Source of the DNA: Endomicrobiales bacterium
GTDB taxonomy: Bacteria; Elusimicrobiota; Endomicrobiia; Endomicrobiales; CAWCFT01
DNA length: 64,000 nucleotides
Direction: 5' to 3'
Assembly (NCBI GenBank): GCA_963794945.1
Contig: CAWCFT010000004.1
Location: 128,001 to 192,000, forward strand
Shown: piece by piece, positions 1-10,174 of the stretch
Layout of the letters: each line of letters opens with the position of its first letter
How positions within the stretch are numbered: position 1 is the first letter of the stretch
The notes under the pieces: model-generated
What the model saw: the letters and a program-made list of their open reading frames with translations, nothing else
Database searches by the model: none
What the model was told of the DNA's origin: nothing
Position numbers and translations under genes: made by a program

Positions 1-49
1 TTGTAAATTGAACCTTGTATGGGGTTGCTTCACTAATTGCCCGTATCAT
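1..49 (-). CDS. 5' end of a gene running off the window, possibly OsmC-like
   Basis: AAGGAGG RBS then ATG; MIRAISEATPYKVQFT resembles OsmC-family N-termini, only 16 codons visible. Confidence 0.35.
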   Translation of the reverse strand, partial: MIRAISEATPYKVQFT

Positions 50-156
50 TGGTTAGCCTCCTTAAGCCGCATTTTGTTGATTTGTTGCAATGCTGCGCCT
101 ATATAAAACATATATATTATTGATTTTTAGATTGTATTTTGAGTTATCCACAATTT

Positions 157-176
157 GCTCGTCACGCGTGACGAGC
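157..176. terminator. perfect 20-bp palindrome GCTCGTCACGCGTGACGAGC downstream of wecA-like gene
   Basis: direct reading; possible terminator or operator. Confidence 0.35.
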
Positions 177-200
177 TAGCCTTCAAAAACATTACAGAGC

Positions 201-1214
201 CTACACTTTCCCCTTAAACACAGTCAGCAGTATCGATCCTATCGAAAGAATAAGCGTAAATATATACATGAGCAGTACCACTTCCCTATGAGTCCAGCCG
301 AAGCGGAGCAGCCTGTGGTGTATATGGTCTTTGTCCGGCTGCATGAGGCCCATGCCCTGGCGCATCCTGCGGAATATGGATAGGGCAACGTCAAGTATGG
401 GCAGGGCAACTACCACTATAGGTATAAACAGGGCCATGACAGCAGTACTTTTGAGAGTGCCTATTGTGCTTATGGCGGAGAGCATGAAGCCCAGGAACAG
501 CGCGCCCGAATCACCCATAAACACCCTGGCCGGGTTAAAGTTATATATCAAAAACCCAAGGCAGGCGCCCATGAGCACCGCGGCCAAAACAGCCGAAAGC
601 TGAAGCTGTTTTGAAAGGAGCACCATCTTAGTATCGCTCTGTAGGAGCGCCACAACAAAGAACGTTCCGGCCGCTATTGCCACTATGCCTGCCGCAAGAC
701 CGTCCAGGCCGTCCGCGAGGTTTATAGTGTTCATGAAACCTATTATCCAGAACACCGTAACCATCTGGCCCACTATTATGGGAAACGTTATGAAATGGTC
801 AAAAAATGGAAGCGCGAGGCCGGTTATACGCACCCCGTAGTCCATCGCGATGTAGGCGGCTATTATCTGAACACAGAACTTAACAGGCGCGAGCACCGAT
901 TTCTTATCATCCGTAAGCCCCAGAATAAAGACAAGTATTCCGCCAAATATTATGCCCGTGAGCTGTTTGAGCAGTTCGCCGGACTTAAAATCGAGCAGCG
1001 CCCTGAAAGAAGGCATGCAGAAGAAAATCAGGCCCATGGCCACGAAGAACCCGGCGAATATGCCTATACCGCCCCACCTGGGCAACGGCTGGCGGTGGAC
1101 GTTACGCGCCCTGGGGTAGTCAAGAACATCGAATTTTTTGGCGAGAAGTATCGACACCGGAGTGAACACCGCGGTGCCTATCAAGGCGAAAATAAAGGCG
1201 AGGAAATAGATCAT
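201..1214 (-). CDS. wecA: MraY/WecA-family undecaprenyl-phosphate GlcNAc-1-phosphate transferase
   Basis: multi-TM; NTINLADGLDGLA, FMGDSG and HIHHRL motifs. Confidence 0.9.
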   Translation of the reverse strand: MIYFLAFIFALIGTAVFTPVSILLAKKFDVLDYPRARNVHRQPLPRWGGIGIFAGFFVAMGLIFFCMPSFRALLDFKSGELLKQLTGIIFGGILVFILGLTDDKKSVLAPVKFCVQIIAAYIAMDYGVRITGLALPFFDHFITFPIIVGQMVTVFWIIGFMNTINLADGLDGLAAGIVAIAAGTFFVVALLQSDTKMVLLSKQLQLSAVLAAVLMGACLGFLIYNFNPARVFMGDSGALFLGFMLSAISTIGTLKSTAVMALFIPIVVVALPILDVALSIFRRMRQGMGLMQPDKDHIHHRLLRFGWTHREVVLLMYIFTLILSIGSILLTVFKGKV

Positions 1215-1225
1215 ATATTATTAGA

Positions 1226-1310
1226 GATAAGGGATAAGTGGTAAGGGGTAAGTAAAGTCAAAACCGTGACCGTGTGCTGTTCACTTAACACTTATCCCTT
1301 ACCCCTTATC
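1226..1310. repeat. heptamer-periodic inverted repeat spacer (GRTAAGK x4 / complementary x4)
   Basis: GATAAGG GATAAGT GGTAAGG GGTAAGT ... ACTTAAC ACTTATC CCTTACC CCTTATC. Confidence 0.85.
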
Positions 1311-1322
1311 ACTGGTTTGGTT

Positions 1323-2554
1323 TTAGTACAGTGGAAACTTCTTGCAAAGCGCAAGGACTTCGTTATGTATATTCTTAAGTTCAGCTTCGTTGCCGGAATT
1401 TTTGAAGGCCCGGACTATACAATCGGCTACTTTCTCGATATCAGCTTCTTTAAGGCCGCGGGTTGTAACTGCGGGTGTGCCTATCCTTATGCCTGATGCT
1501 ATTGAAGGCTTCTCCGGGTCGTAAGGTATGGCGTTCTTGTTTACGGTTATGCCGACTTTTTCAAGTATTTCCTGGGCGTCTTTGCCTTTTACTCCAAGAG
1601 GACGAAGGTCAACAAGGAACATGTGGCAGTCCGTTCCACCGGACACAATTTTCAAGCCGCCTTTTTCAAGAGCAGCGGCGAACGCTTTCGCGTTCTTCAT
1701 TACCTGCTGCTGGTACATTTTGAAACCCGGCTGTAAAGCCTCGCCGAACGCCACGGCCTTTGCGGCTATTACGTGCATAAGCGGCCCACCCTGTGTTCCC
1801 GGGAAAACTGCCTTGTCTACCTGCCCGCGTATTTTTCGGCGCACATTATCATGCCGCCGCGCGGCCCTCGAAGGGTCTTATGAGTTGTGGTTGTAGTTAC
1901 ATCCGCGTATTTTATAGGCGAAGGATAAAGCCCGGCCGCAATAAGGCCCGCGTAGTGAGCGACGTCAGCCATGACCAGCGCGCCGACTTTGTCGGCTATG
2001 TTCCTTATCCTCTCCCACTCCCAAACTCTCGAGTAGGCGCTGGCGCCTGTTACTATCATCTTGGGCTTGTGCTCGAGCGCGAGGCGTTCCATCTGGTCGT
2101 AATCTATAACACCCGTGTCCTCTTTAACTGTATAGGGAATGACCTTGTAATTTTTGCCCGAGAAATTCGCGGGACTGCCGTGCGAAAGATGGCCGCCGTG
2201 GGCGAGGCTCATGCCCATTATGGTGTCGCCGACATTTATGAACGCGACAAACGCCGCGATGTTTGCCTGCGCGCCCGAGTGGGGCTGGACGTTTACGTGC
2301 TCCGCGCCAAAGAGTTTCTTGGCCCTGTCGCGCGCGATGTTTTCAGCGATGTCAACAAACTCGCAGCCGCCGTAGTAGCGTTTGCCGGGATACCCTTCCG
2401 CGTATTTGTTCGTGAGGCACGACCCCTGCGCTTCCATTACCGCAAGCGACGTGTGGTTCTCAGAAGCGATAAGCTCCAGCGTATTCTTCTCGCGCTCAAG
2501 CTCTTTCTGGATAACTCCATATATTTCCGGGTCATTCTTTTGCAGAATACTCAT
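1323..2554 (-). CDS. glyA: serine hydroxymethyltransferase (one frameshift near 1825)
   Basis: [42 protein letters not shown] split over two ORFs; G-run indel. Confidence 0.95.
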
Positions 2555-2582
2555 TGTTTCGTCTCCTTTATGTAACACTATT

Positions 2583-2706
2583 TCAAATATCAAACATCAA
2601 ATATCAAAAGTGCATCTCAAAATCCAAAATTTTACAACCTGTTTATCGAATTTATTTTTGAATTACTATTTGCCATTTTGATTTTTAATGTTTGATTTTT
2701 GATATT
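2583..2706. repeat. heptamer-periodic inverted repeat spacer (TCAAAWA type)
   Basis: TCAAATATCAAACATCAAATATCAAAA ... TTTTGATTTTTAATGTTTGATTTTTGATATT. Confidence 0.8.
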
Positions 2707-3334
2707 AACAAATGCACTTTAAGATGTCTTTTTTGCTGATACACCCTTCCCTTATAACGGTTCCGTGAAAATGTGTCACATCGACTACGGTTGATTCTTT
2801 GCCCAGGCCGCACTTGCCGCAATCGATTATAAGGTCAACCTTCCCCTTCATGTACTTTAAGGCCTCGTCTCCGCTCTTGGCGCTTGGCTTTCCCGAAGGA
2901 TTGACGCTCGTTGTCATTATCGGGAAACCGCAGTGTTTGAGGAGCCCAAGGACTATCTTCGAATCCGGTATCCTAACACCTATATCCGACCTGCCGCCCG
3001 AAACCATCTTTCCCAGCTCGGTTGTGGAAAGAACTACAGTCAGCGGGCCCGGCCAGAACTTTTTTATAAGCTTCCCCGATGGTTCCGGTATGTGCGCCAG
3101 GCTCTTTAGCGAATCAATATCCGGGGGCATGAGTATGAGCGGTTTACGAAAACTGCGCCCCTTGATCGAATAAATCTTTTTCTGCGCTTCCGCCGAAAAT
3201 ACTCCCGCCGCAAGCCCGTAAACCGTGTCCGTGGGTATTACTACGACACCGCCGGATTTTAGTACTTCTGCCGCAAGTTTAAGCTTACTGATATCAGGCC
3301 TATTTTTTTCGAGCTTAAGAATTACTGTTTTCAT
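2705..3334 (-). CDS. tsaC: L-threonylcarbamoyladenylate synthase (Sua5/YwlC/TsaC)
   Basis: PTDTVYGL, KGRSFRKPL, FWPGPLT, TSVNPSG motifs. Confidence 0.93.
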   Translation of the reverse strand: MKTVILKLEKNRPDISKLKLAAEVLKSGGVVVIPTDTVYGLAAGVFSAEAQKKIYSIKGRSFRKPLILMPPDIDSLKSLAHIPEPSGKLIKKFWPGPLTVVLSTTELGKMVSGGRSDIGVRIPDSKIVLGLLKHCGFPIMTTSVNPSGKPSAKSGDEALKYMKGKVDLIIDCGKCGLGKESTVVDVTHFHGTVIREGCISKKDILKCIC

Positions 3335-3342
3335 AGTAATAT

Positions 3343-3429
3343 TTCAAAAATCAAATATCAAAAATCAAATATATAACCGGCATTTTTTGATTTATTGAAG
3401 TATATTTGACATTTGATTCTTGATATTTA
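3343..3429. repeat. heptamer-periodic inverted repeat spacer (TCAAAWA type)
   Basis: TCAAAAATCAAATATCAAAAATCAAAT ... ATTTGACATTTGATTCTTGATATTT. Confidence 0.8.
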
Positions 3430-3430
3430 T

Positions 3431-4636
3431 TTAGCTCCTATACGACGCGTTTATCTTCACGTAATCTAACGAGAAATCGCAGGTGTAATACGTGTCTTCG
3501 CTTTTCCCCTGCTTGAGATCAAGCGTTATATTTACTACTTTTTGCTGCAATACTTTTTTTGCTTTAGGCTCGGAAAAATCGGCCGGCATACCGTTCCTAA
3601 AAACAAGAATGTCGCCTATAAAGATATCCGTCCTATCCGGGTTGAACTTTACGCCAGCCCGTCCTGCTGCGGCGATTATCCTTCCCCAGTTGGCGTCGTT
3701 ACCGAACATCGCTGTTTTTACAAGGGGCGAGGTTGCGACAGTCTCCGCTATCTTTTTAGCTGCCGCGGCATTTGCGGCGTTCTTAACCTTTATCTCGACA
3801 AGCTTTGTCGCGCCCTCACCGTCAGCCGCCATCATCCTGGCGAGCTCAACGCAGATGTATTCCACGGCCTCCGAGAATATTTTATGGTCGGGCGTGCCCT
3901 TCTTTATTTTTCTGTTGACAGCCACACCGTTGGCAAGCATGAGCACGGTATCGTTGGTAGATGTGTCGCCGTCAACTGAAACCCGGTTGAATGACTTCTC
4001 AACCGCCCCTTCAAGCGAAGTTTGAAGCACGTTCCTGTCAGCCAAAACGTCCGTAAGAATGAAAGCGAACATTGTAGCGTGCGGGCTTTTAAGCGCCGGG
4101 TGCATCATGCCCGATCCTTTTGATATGCCCCATACCACTACCGGTTTGCCGCCGACAAATATTTTTTTCGACACTATTTTTGGTTTTGTATCGGTTGTCA
4201 TTATGGCCCTGGCGGCAGCGTGCTCGTCCGACCTACCAGCCATGACCTTTAGCGCGAGGGTATCTATGCCCTTGATCACATTGACCATGGGAAGGAACTG
4301 TCCGATGACACCGGTAGAGGCGACCAGTGTTTCTTCCGGCCTTATGCCAAGCTCCTCGGCCACAAGAGAGCACTCGAACTCGGCGTCCATCATCCCTCTC
4401 TTGCCTGTCGAACAGTTAGCTCCGCCGGAGTTGGCGATTATCACCTTCGCCGTTCCCGCGGACTTTTTCAGATTTTTCATGCTGACCATGACGGGCGCGG
4501 CCTTGACAAGGTTTGAAGTGAACATTCCGGCACAGGCGCACAGCGTATCTGAACAAAATATCGCTATGTCGTTCTTGTCCCTGTTCTTATATATCCCGCT
4601 CTTTACACCGTTAACCAGAAATCCTTTAGGTAGCAT
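3431..4636 (-). CDS. argJ: ornithine acetyltransferase / N-acetylglutamate synthase
   Basis: ASTGVIG, IMTTDT, KGSGM, DGDTSTND, DGEGATK, DANWGR. Confidence 0.96.
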   Translation of the reverse strand: MLPKGFLVNGVKSGIYKNRDKNDIAIFCSDTLCACAGMFTSNLVKAAPVMVSMKNLKKSAGTAKVIIANSGGANCSTGKRGMMDAEFECSLVAEELGIRPEETLVASTGVIGQFLPMVNVIKGIDTLALKVMAGRSDEHAAARAIMTTDTKPKIVSKKIFVGGKPVVVWGISKGSGMMHPALKSPHATMFAFILTDVLADRNVLQTSLEGAVEKSFNRVSVDGDTSTNDTVLMLANGVAVNRKIKKGTPDHKIFSEAVEYICVELARMMAADGEGATKLVEIKVKNAANAAAAKKIAETVATSPLVKTAMFGNDANWGRIIAAAGRAGVKFNPDRTDIFIGDILVFRNGMPADFSEPKAKKVLQQKVVNITLDLKQGKSEDTYYTCDFSLDYVKINASYRS

Positions 4637-4651
4637 ATATCCTCTTTTTTA

Positions 4652-5686
4652 TTATATCAAACCATCTTTTTCGTCGAAGCCGAACATTATGTTCATGTTC
4701 TGCACCGCTACACCCGATGCGCCCTTGCCCAGGTTGTCTATGGCCGAAATAAAAATAAACCTATTGGTCCTCTCATCGAGTTTGACGCTTATATCGCAAA
4801 AGTTCGTTTTCACGACATTTTTTATATCCGGTATCTTTCCTTCCGGCAGGACTCTTACGAAAGGTTCATTCTTATAGTACTCTTCGTATATTTTCTGCAC
4901 TTCAGCAACGTGGATCTTTCTTGACGGGGTCGCATAAATAGTTGAGAGCATACCCCGTTCAACAGGTATAAGATGCGGAGTAAATGTCAGGGTTATTTTC
5001 TTTCCCGCGGCTTTCGAAAGCTCCTGCTCTATCTCGGGTATGTGCCTGTGCGCGCCGCCGATATTGTAGGGCCTGAAATTGAGGCTTTCGTTCTTGAAGA
5101 ATTCCTCGGTCGGCTTTCTGCCGGCTCCGGAAACGCCGCTTTTAGAATCTATTATTATGGAGGATGTGTCTATCAATCCGCTCTTTATGGCCGGCAAAAG
5201 GCCGAGTATAGCGGTTGTCGGGTAACAGCCCGGATTCGCGATCAGTGCGGCGTTCTTTATCTCTTTCCTGTAAACTTCCGGCAGGCCGTAAACGGCTTTG
5301 GCAAGCAGAGGCGCGGCCGTGTGTTTGGCCCCGTACCATTTTTCGTATATGGCTCCGTCGTTGAGCCTGAAGTCCGCAGACAAGTCAATCACCTTCTTGC
5401 CTGACTTCAAAAGCTCTGGCACTATTTCGAACGAGACCCTGTGCGGAAGCGCGAGGAATATCACGTCGGCTTTCTCCGAAACTGTTTTGGCATCGAAAGG
5501 AACGCAGGTCAAACCAGCCGCTTCCGGCAAATGCGGATAGATGTCTTTCAAAGGTTTTGTTTCGGAGGAAGACCTGCCCGCTATGACTGAAACCTTGGAG
5601 TTCTTGTGTTTGAAAAGTATTTTCAGGAGCTCTTCGCCAGTGTACCCGGTTATTCCTACTATTGCGGCGTTAATCATTTTGTTCAT
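4652..5686 (-). CDS. argC: N-acetyl-gamma-glutamyl-phosphate reductase
   Basis: GITGYTG, DLSADFRL, ANPGCYPT, SGVSGAG, IDNLGKGASG. Confidence 0.96.
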   Translation of the reverse strand: MNKMINAAIVGITGYTGEELLKILFKHKNSKVSVIAGRSSSETKPLKDIYPHLPEAAGLTCVPFDAKTVSEKADVIFLALPHRVSFEIVPELLKSGKKVIDLSADFRLNDGAIYEKWYGAKHTAAPLLAKAVYGLPEVYRKEIKNAALIANPGCYPTTAILGLLPAIKSGLIDTSSIIIDSKSGVSGAGRKPTEEFFKNESLNFRPYNIGGAHRHIPEIEQELSKAAGKKITLTFTPHLIPVERGMLSTIYATPSRKIHVAEVQKIYEEYYKNEPFVRVLPEGKIPDIKNVVKTNFCDISVKLDERTNRFIFISAIDNLGKGASGVAVQNMNIMFGFDEKDGLI

Positions 5687-6389
5687 CCTCTTGTTCAGCG
5701 TTCCCGGTATTGTCCGCGCAGTTTAACAGCACCACGAACTCGCCCAAAGGCTCTTTCGCGGCTAATGCCTGGTTTATCTCATCAAGCGTGCCCCGGGTGA
5801 ATTCCTCGAATTTCTTTGTAAGCTCCCGCGCCAGCACTACACGGGCCGTGCCGGGAAATATCTCGGCGCAAGACGCCATCGTTTTCCTTATCCTATGAGG
5901 CGACTCGTAGAATATTACTGTGAAACCCGACGCGGTTGCAGCGGCGAGCTCTTTTTTCATCTTGCCGGTCTTTTTCCTTAAAAAACCAAGGAACACAAAA
6001 CCGTGCGTCGGAAGTCCCGACGCCACAAGCGCCGTGAGAGCCGCGTTAGCGCCCGGAAGCGGAACAACGTTCACGCCGGCCTTTATCGCTTCATCTATTA
6101 AAAAAAACCCTGGGTCAGAAATTCCCGGGGTGCCGGAATCCGAAACGAGAGCAAGGTTCTTGCCGGAGAGGAGGTCCCTGACTATCCCCGGGATGCGCCG
6201 CTCCTGGTTATACGTATAAAAGCTCAACAGCGGTTTTTTTATTTCAAAGTGGTTGAGGAGTTTGACCGTCTGGCGCGTGTCCTCGCACAATATCGTGTCA
6301 ACTTCTTTTAATATTCTAAGCGCCCTCAAGGTAATATCTTCAAGGTTCCCTATAGGCGTAGGCACTAAGTAAAGTGTTCCATTAAGCAT
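5670..6389 (-). CDS. rsmI: 16S rRNA (cytidine1402-2'-O)-methyltransferase
   Basis: LYLVPTPIGNLEDIT, EDTR, SDSGTPGISDPG, YESPHR, RELTK. Confidence 0.95.
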   Translation of the reverse strand: MLNGTLYLVPTPIGNLEDITLRALRILKEVDTILCEDTRQTVKLLNHFEIKKPLLSFYTYNQERRIPGIVRDLLSGKNLALVSDSGTPGISDPGFFLIDEAIKAGVNVVPLPGANAALTALVASGLPTHGFVFLGFLRKKTGKMKKELAAATASGFTVIFYESPHRIRKTMASCAEIFPGTARVVLARELTKKFEEFTRGTLDEINQALAAKEPLGEFVVLLNCADNTGNAEQEDEQND

Positions 6390-6396
6390 AGTTTGT

Positions 6397-6503
6397 CAAT
6401 CAAATATTAAATATCAAAAATCAAAATTTAGGTGTTCGCTTCCGCGAATTAATTAAATAAATCACAGAGCCAAACATTATTTTTGATTTTTGATTTTATA
6501 TTT
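6397..6503. repeat. heptamer-periodic inverted repeat spacer (TCAAAWA type)
   Basis: AATCAAATATTAAATATCAAAAATCAAAAT ... ATTTTTGATTTTTGATTTTATATTT. Confidence 0.75.
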
Positions 6504-6506
6504 TTT

Positions 6507-7793
6507 TTATGAATTTGAGGCTTTGGTCAGCTGGTCGCCGTCGCGCTTGGCCTTTGCTTCCTCTTCTTCTATCAGGATGCTGAGGAACGCTGTAACAACT
6601 TTTTCATCGAACTGCGTGCCGATGCCTTTATTAAGTTCTTCTATGGCTATCTGTTTAGAAAGAGCCTTGCGGTACGGCCTGTCGGAGGTTATCGCGTCGT
6701 AAGCGTCTATAACGGCGACTATCCTCGCGCCGAGCGGTATCTCTTCTCCTACGAGCCCCTCGGGGTACCCCTGCCCGTTGAACCACTCCTGGTGGTAGAG
6801 CACCATCGGAGCGACGGGCGAGAGGAATGCCACCGGCGCGATTATGCGGTTGCCTATCGCCGGATGTTTTCTGATTATCTCACGCTCTTCATCGGTGAGC
6901 TTGCCCGCCTTGTGAAGTATGGTCTCATCTATTCCTATCTTGCCTATGTCATGCATCAGCGCCGCGTATTCTATGTGGCGTATCATCGCCTCGGGCAGCA
7001 TTAGCTTCTTGCCTATGAGCCTCGCGTACTTGCGCGCGCGGTCAGCGTGCTCGTGCGTGTAAGAGTCTTTCGCGTCTATCGCGCGGGCGAGCGTCTGCAC
7101 CATCTCTAGGTAGAAGTTCTGCAAGTTGTCGTAAAGCTCGATATTCTCCAGCGTTATCGCGGCCTGGTCCGCAAGTATGGTCAGCAGCCTTACGTCCCTC
7201 TCTTCAAATATACGCTGCTTCTCGGGTGAGTTGACGTTAAGCACGCCTATTATGCGGCTCTTGACCCGCAGAGGAACGGATATAAAAGATTTTGAACTAT
7301 AATGGGCGCCGTTGTTGCGCATGAACCTGGCGTCAGTTTCAATGTCTTCAACGAATATGGCTTTGCCCGTCTGGGCGACCCTGCCGGCAACGCCTTCGCC
7401 GATCCTCAGCCTTGTTGAGAGCACCACTTCTTCGGGCAGGCCGCGCGAGGCGGCGATGGTCAGCTCGCTCGTTTCGTAATTGATCAGCATCAGCGAGCCA
7501 GCGTCCGACTTTATAAGTTTGCAGGCTGAATCTATTACCGACTGCGTGAGCTCTTCTTTCGATATTATACCGGTAGCGGTCATGCCGAACTCGTGGATAC
7601 CAACTAGCATAACTATCAGGTTATCGATATCGGCGATGTGTTCGGCGAGCCTGCCCTGCGTGTCTTTGAGCCTTTTCGAGTATTTCAGGTCCTGGTCGTA
7701 TATACGGCGGTTCTGGCGTTTAATAAATAGCCACACCGCTACAAGCACCATAACCAGAAAAAGAAGAAGTATTTCCTCAACTCTCAGGACCAT
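6507..7793 (-). CDS. membrane-anchored GAF + HD-GYP cyclic dinucleotide phosphodiesterase
   Basis: N-terminal TM, GAF (GEGVAGRVAQTG), HDIGKIG, HQEWFNGQGYPEGL, DRPYR. Confidence 0.9.
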   Translation of the reverse strand: MVLRVEEILLLFLVMVLVAVWLFIKRQNRRIYDQDLKYSKRLKDTQGRLAEHIADIDNLIVMLVGIHEFGMTATGIISKEELTQSVIDSACKLIKSDAGSLMLINYETSELTIAASRGLPEEVVLSTRLRIGEGVAGRVAQTGKAIFVEDIETDARFMRNNGAHYSSKSFISVPLRVKSRIIGVLNVNSPEKQRIFEERDVRLLTILADQAAITLENIELYDNLQNFYLEMVQTLARAIDAKDSYTHEHADRARKYARLIGKKLMLPEAMIRHIEYAALMHDIGKIGIDETILHKAGKLTDEEREIIRKHPAIGNRIIAPVAFLSPVAPMVLYHQEWFNGQGYPEGLVGEEIPLGARIVAVIDAYDAITSDRPYRKALSKQIAIEELNKGIGTQFDEKVVTAFLSILIEEEEAKAKRDGDQLTKASNS

Positions 7794-7796
7794 AGC

Positions 7797-8378
7797 TTAA
7801 ATTTTCCTGTACCTTCTGAATTTTTTTATTTCGCTCTCGGATTTAGGTATTATAAGGACAAGCCTTGTGCGGAGAACATCAAAATCGGGTATTTTTTTCT
7901 CGTTCGCCCGCCAGATAATGGGCCACATGGAACCCCTTCCGTAGTGCTTTTTCATCTTAGCTATCTTCCAGAGGGTGTCCCTGCGTTTTACGGTATATTT
8001 CAAAGTCACAAGCTTTGCCGTTTTCAGCTCTTCAATTGACTGGCTGGCCAGCGCTTCCGCTTCTCCATATTTTTCAAGGAGCATCAACTCTTTGGCCTTG
8101 TGCAGAGTAGCCTGGCCTACCGAAACATCTTTGCCTTCCTGACTGCCCTTTGTCCAGAAAGCCCCGGCTACCGCGATCGTTTTTACCGCCGAAGCCTTCT
8201 TCTGCTCGCGCTCAGCCTTTAAGCGAGCGATCTCCTCTTCTTTCTTTATCTGTTCCTGCCTTTGTTCTTCTATCGCGGCTATCTCTCTTTTTCTTTCCTG
8301 CTGGTACTGGTATGCAAAAAAACAAGCGAGCGTTATCACTAACGAGAAGAGGATCAAATGCAGTTTCGTAATTCTCAT
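7797..8378 (-). CDS. LysM peptidoglycan-binding domain protein
   Basis: N-terminal TM, coiled coil, YTVKRRDTLWKIA...YG...W..IWRAN. Confidence 0.85.
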   Translation of the reverse strand: MRITKLHLILFSLVITLACFFAYQYQQERKREIAAIEEQRQEQIKKEEEIARLKAEREQKKASAVKTIAVAGAFWTKGSQEGKDVSVGQATLHKAKELMLLEKYGEAEALASQSIEELKTAKLVTLKYTVKRRDTLWKIAKMKKHYGRGSMWPIIWRANEKKIPDFDVLRTRLVLIIPKSESEIKKFRRYRKI

Positions 8379-8497
8379 CCCTTCAAAAACCTCGCTGTTT
8401 TATTCATTGGAGACATGACTATTCTAGTTCTTACGCGCGGCTCCGCCGCTTTTTATCCTCTTCTGCCGGGGTTTTGAACCAAGCTCCCCGCAGGAAC

Positions 8498-10084
8498 TTA
8501 TTCCGCGAATGCCTTGTAATCTATGGTAGGGAAAATATTGTTCCTGGATTCAAGGTCGGCCAGGTACCCCTCGTCGATTGTGTTGTTCTTTATCTGTTCG
8601 TAAAGCTTCGTGAAATTAATTATGTGCTCGCGGGTTCTCTTCTCCGCGTAGGAGACCATCGTACCGGTCGTCATGATGAAGGCCCAGTCCGAAGACTGCG
8701 CGAGAAGCACTTCACGCGCCGCCTGGTTAAGCGCCCGGTGCTTCAGCCCTTTCGCGGAATGATGTGTATTCGCAAGCTCAATCATCCTCTCGGCGGCTTT
8801 ATGCAAGTGGCGGTATATCCAATCGTTAGTGCCGTTGAGCCAGACCTCGTAGTAACCCTTGTCGCCCCAGCTGGAAGCGGCAGGCGTTATCACCTGGTTC
8901 TTGGGGTACTCCTTCAAATACTCCGAAGGTGTAATGGTCGTGAAAGTCTTCTGGTCGTAATAAATCTTTCTGAAAAGGTAATCTAGGAAATTCGGGCCCT
9001 CGTACCACCAGTGGCCGAAGAGCTCGGCGTCGTACATCGAAACGACGAGCGGCTCACGGCCGAGCATCCCAGAGAGGTAGTTGATCTGATTCTCGCGGTT
9101 AAACATAAAATTGCCAGCGTGCGACGCGGCCTTGTTCCTTGCCCACTCCGGGTTGTACGGCTGCTTTTCGCTGAGGGGCACCTTGCCCGTTATCCTGTGG
9201 TATTTGAGGCCTATGTTCCTTCTTACTCCGTCAGAATGCAGGTAGGGCCGGACGTAGTCAAAATCGAGGTCATAGCCCAAGTCCCTGTAAAACTCCCTGT
9301 AATCGGGGTCACCCGGGTAGCCGGTCTCGGCGCTCCACACCTGGTGAGCCGTTTCCATGTCGCGCCCAAAAGCCGCAACACCGGTCGGGCAATAGACCGG
9401 AGCGAAAACTCCGAACCTAGGCCTGGGCGTGCCATAAAGTATGCCGTGCGCTTCGAGGAAGAAAAATCTTATGCCTTCTTTTTTGAGTTCTTCGTCAATT
9501 CCAGGCTGGTACGCGCACTCGGCAAGCCATATGCCGTTAGGCCTTTTGCCGAAGTGCCTCTCGTAATCCTGCGCCGCTATCTTGACCTGCGCCCTCACAG
9601 CGGCCTTCTGCATTTTCAGCGGAAGGAAACCGTGCGTCGCGCAGCAGGTGACTATCTCCAGGAAGCCCGCGTCCTGCAGGTTCTTGAAACCAGTCAGGAT
9701 ATTGCCGTGATATTTCTCCCAGAGGGTGCGGCATTCCTTAAGCTTGCCTTCATACATTTTCGCGACAGGAAGGAATTCCGGCATGTTCCTTGTGCGCCAA
9801 ACCTCTTTCTCGGCAAGCTCTATGAGCCCGTTAAGTTTTGTGTAATACCTGCTCTGCAGAAGCGAGTCCGCGAGCATACCCGCCAGAGGAGGAGTTATCG
9901 TCATGGAAACCCTGAAGTTCACCCCTTCCTGAACGAATTTCTCAAAGATAGAAAGAAGAGGCAGGTAAGTTTCCGTTATGCCTTCATAAAGCCAGTCTTC
10001 TTCAAGAAAATCGGGATACTCGGGGTGACGTACGTACGGCAAGTGGGCATGCAGGAGCAGGCACCAGTAACCTTTGGGTTTCAT
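8498..10084 (-). CDS. GH57 1,4-alpha-glucan branching enzyme (with DUF1957)
   Basis: HAHLPYV, TETYLPL, WLAECAY, YDAELFGHWWYEG, QSSDWAF. Confidence 0.93.
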   Translation of the reverse strand: MKPKGYWCLLLHAHLPYVRHPEYPDFLEEDWLYEGITETYLPLLSIFEKFVQEGVNFRVSMTITPPLAGMLADSLLQSRYYTKLNGLIELAEKEVWRTRNMPEFLPVAKMYEGKLKECRTLWEKYHGNILTGFKNLQDAGFLEIVTCCATHGFLPLKMQKAAVRAQVKIAAQDYERHFGKRPNGIWLAECAYQPGIDEELKKEGIRFFFLEAHGILYGTPRPRFGVFAPVYCPTGVAAFGRDMETAHQVWSAETGYPGDPDYREFYRDLGYDLDFDYVRPYLHSDGVRRNIGLKYHRITGKVPLSEKQPYNPEWARNKAASHAGNFMFNRENQINYLSGMLGREPLVVSMYDAELFGHWWYEGPNFLDYLFRKIYYDQKTFTTITPSEYLKEYPKNQVITPAASSWGDKGYYEVWLNGTNDWIYRHLHKAAERMIELANTHHSAKGLKHRALNQAAREVLLAQSSDWAFIMTTGTMVSYAEKRTREHIINFTKLYEQIKNNTIDEGYLADLESRNNIFPTIDYKAFAE

Positions 10085-10174
10085 AGTTGGGATTCTCCAG
10101 GAATCGGACAAATAACAGGAACAGGCCGTGATATGTCCAATAGTTTATTTTTTACCAGGCGTTGAAACTTGTTA

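Noticed and set aside
144..152. Perfect DnaA box TTATCCACA as possible oriC
   Set aside because: Single box, no cluster and no dnaA/dnaN nearby.
2583..3429. CRISPR array from the periodic AT-rich repeats
   Set aside because: Period is 7 nt with no unique spacers, and no cas genes are present.
9011..10165. Long plus-strand ORFs antisense to real genes (also 27223-28119, 4059-4877 and the minus-strand 39786-40532)
   Set aside because: Shadow frames of well-supported genes with no recognisable motifs.
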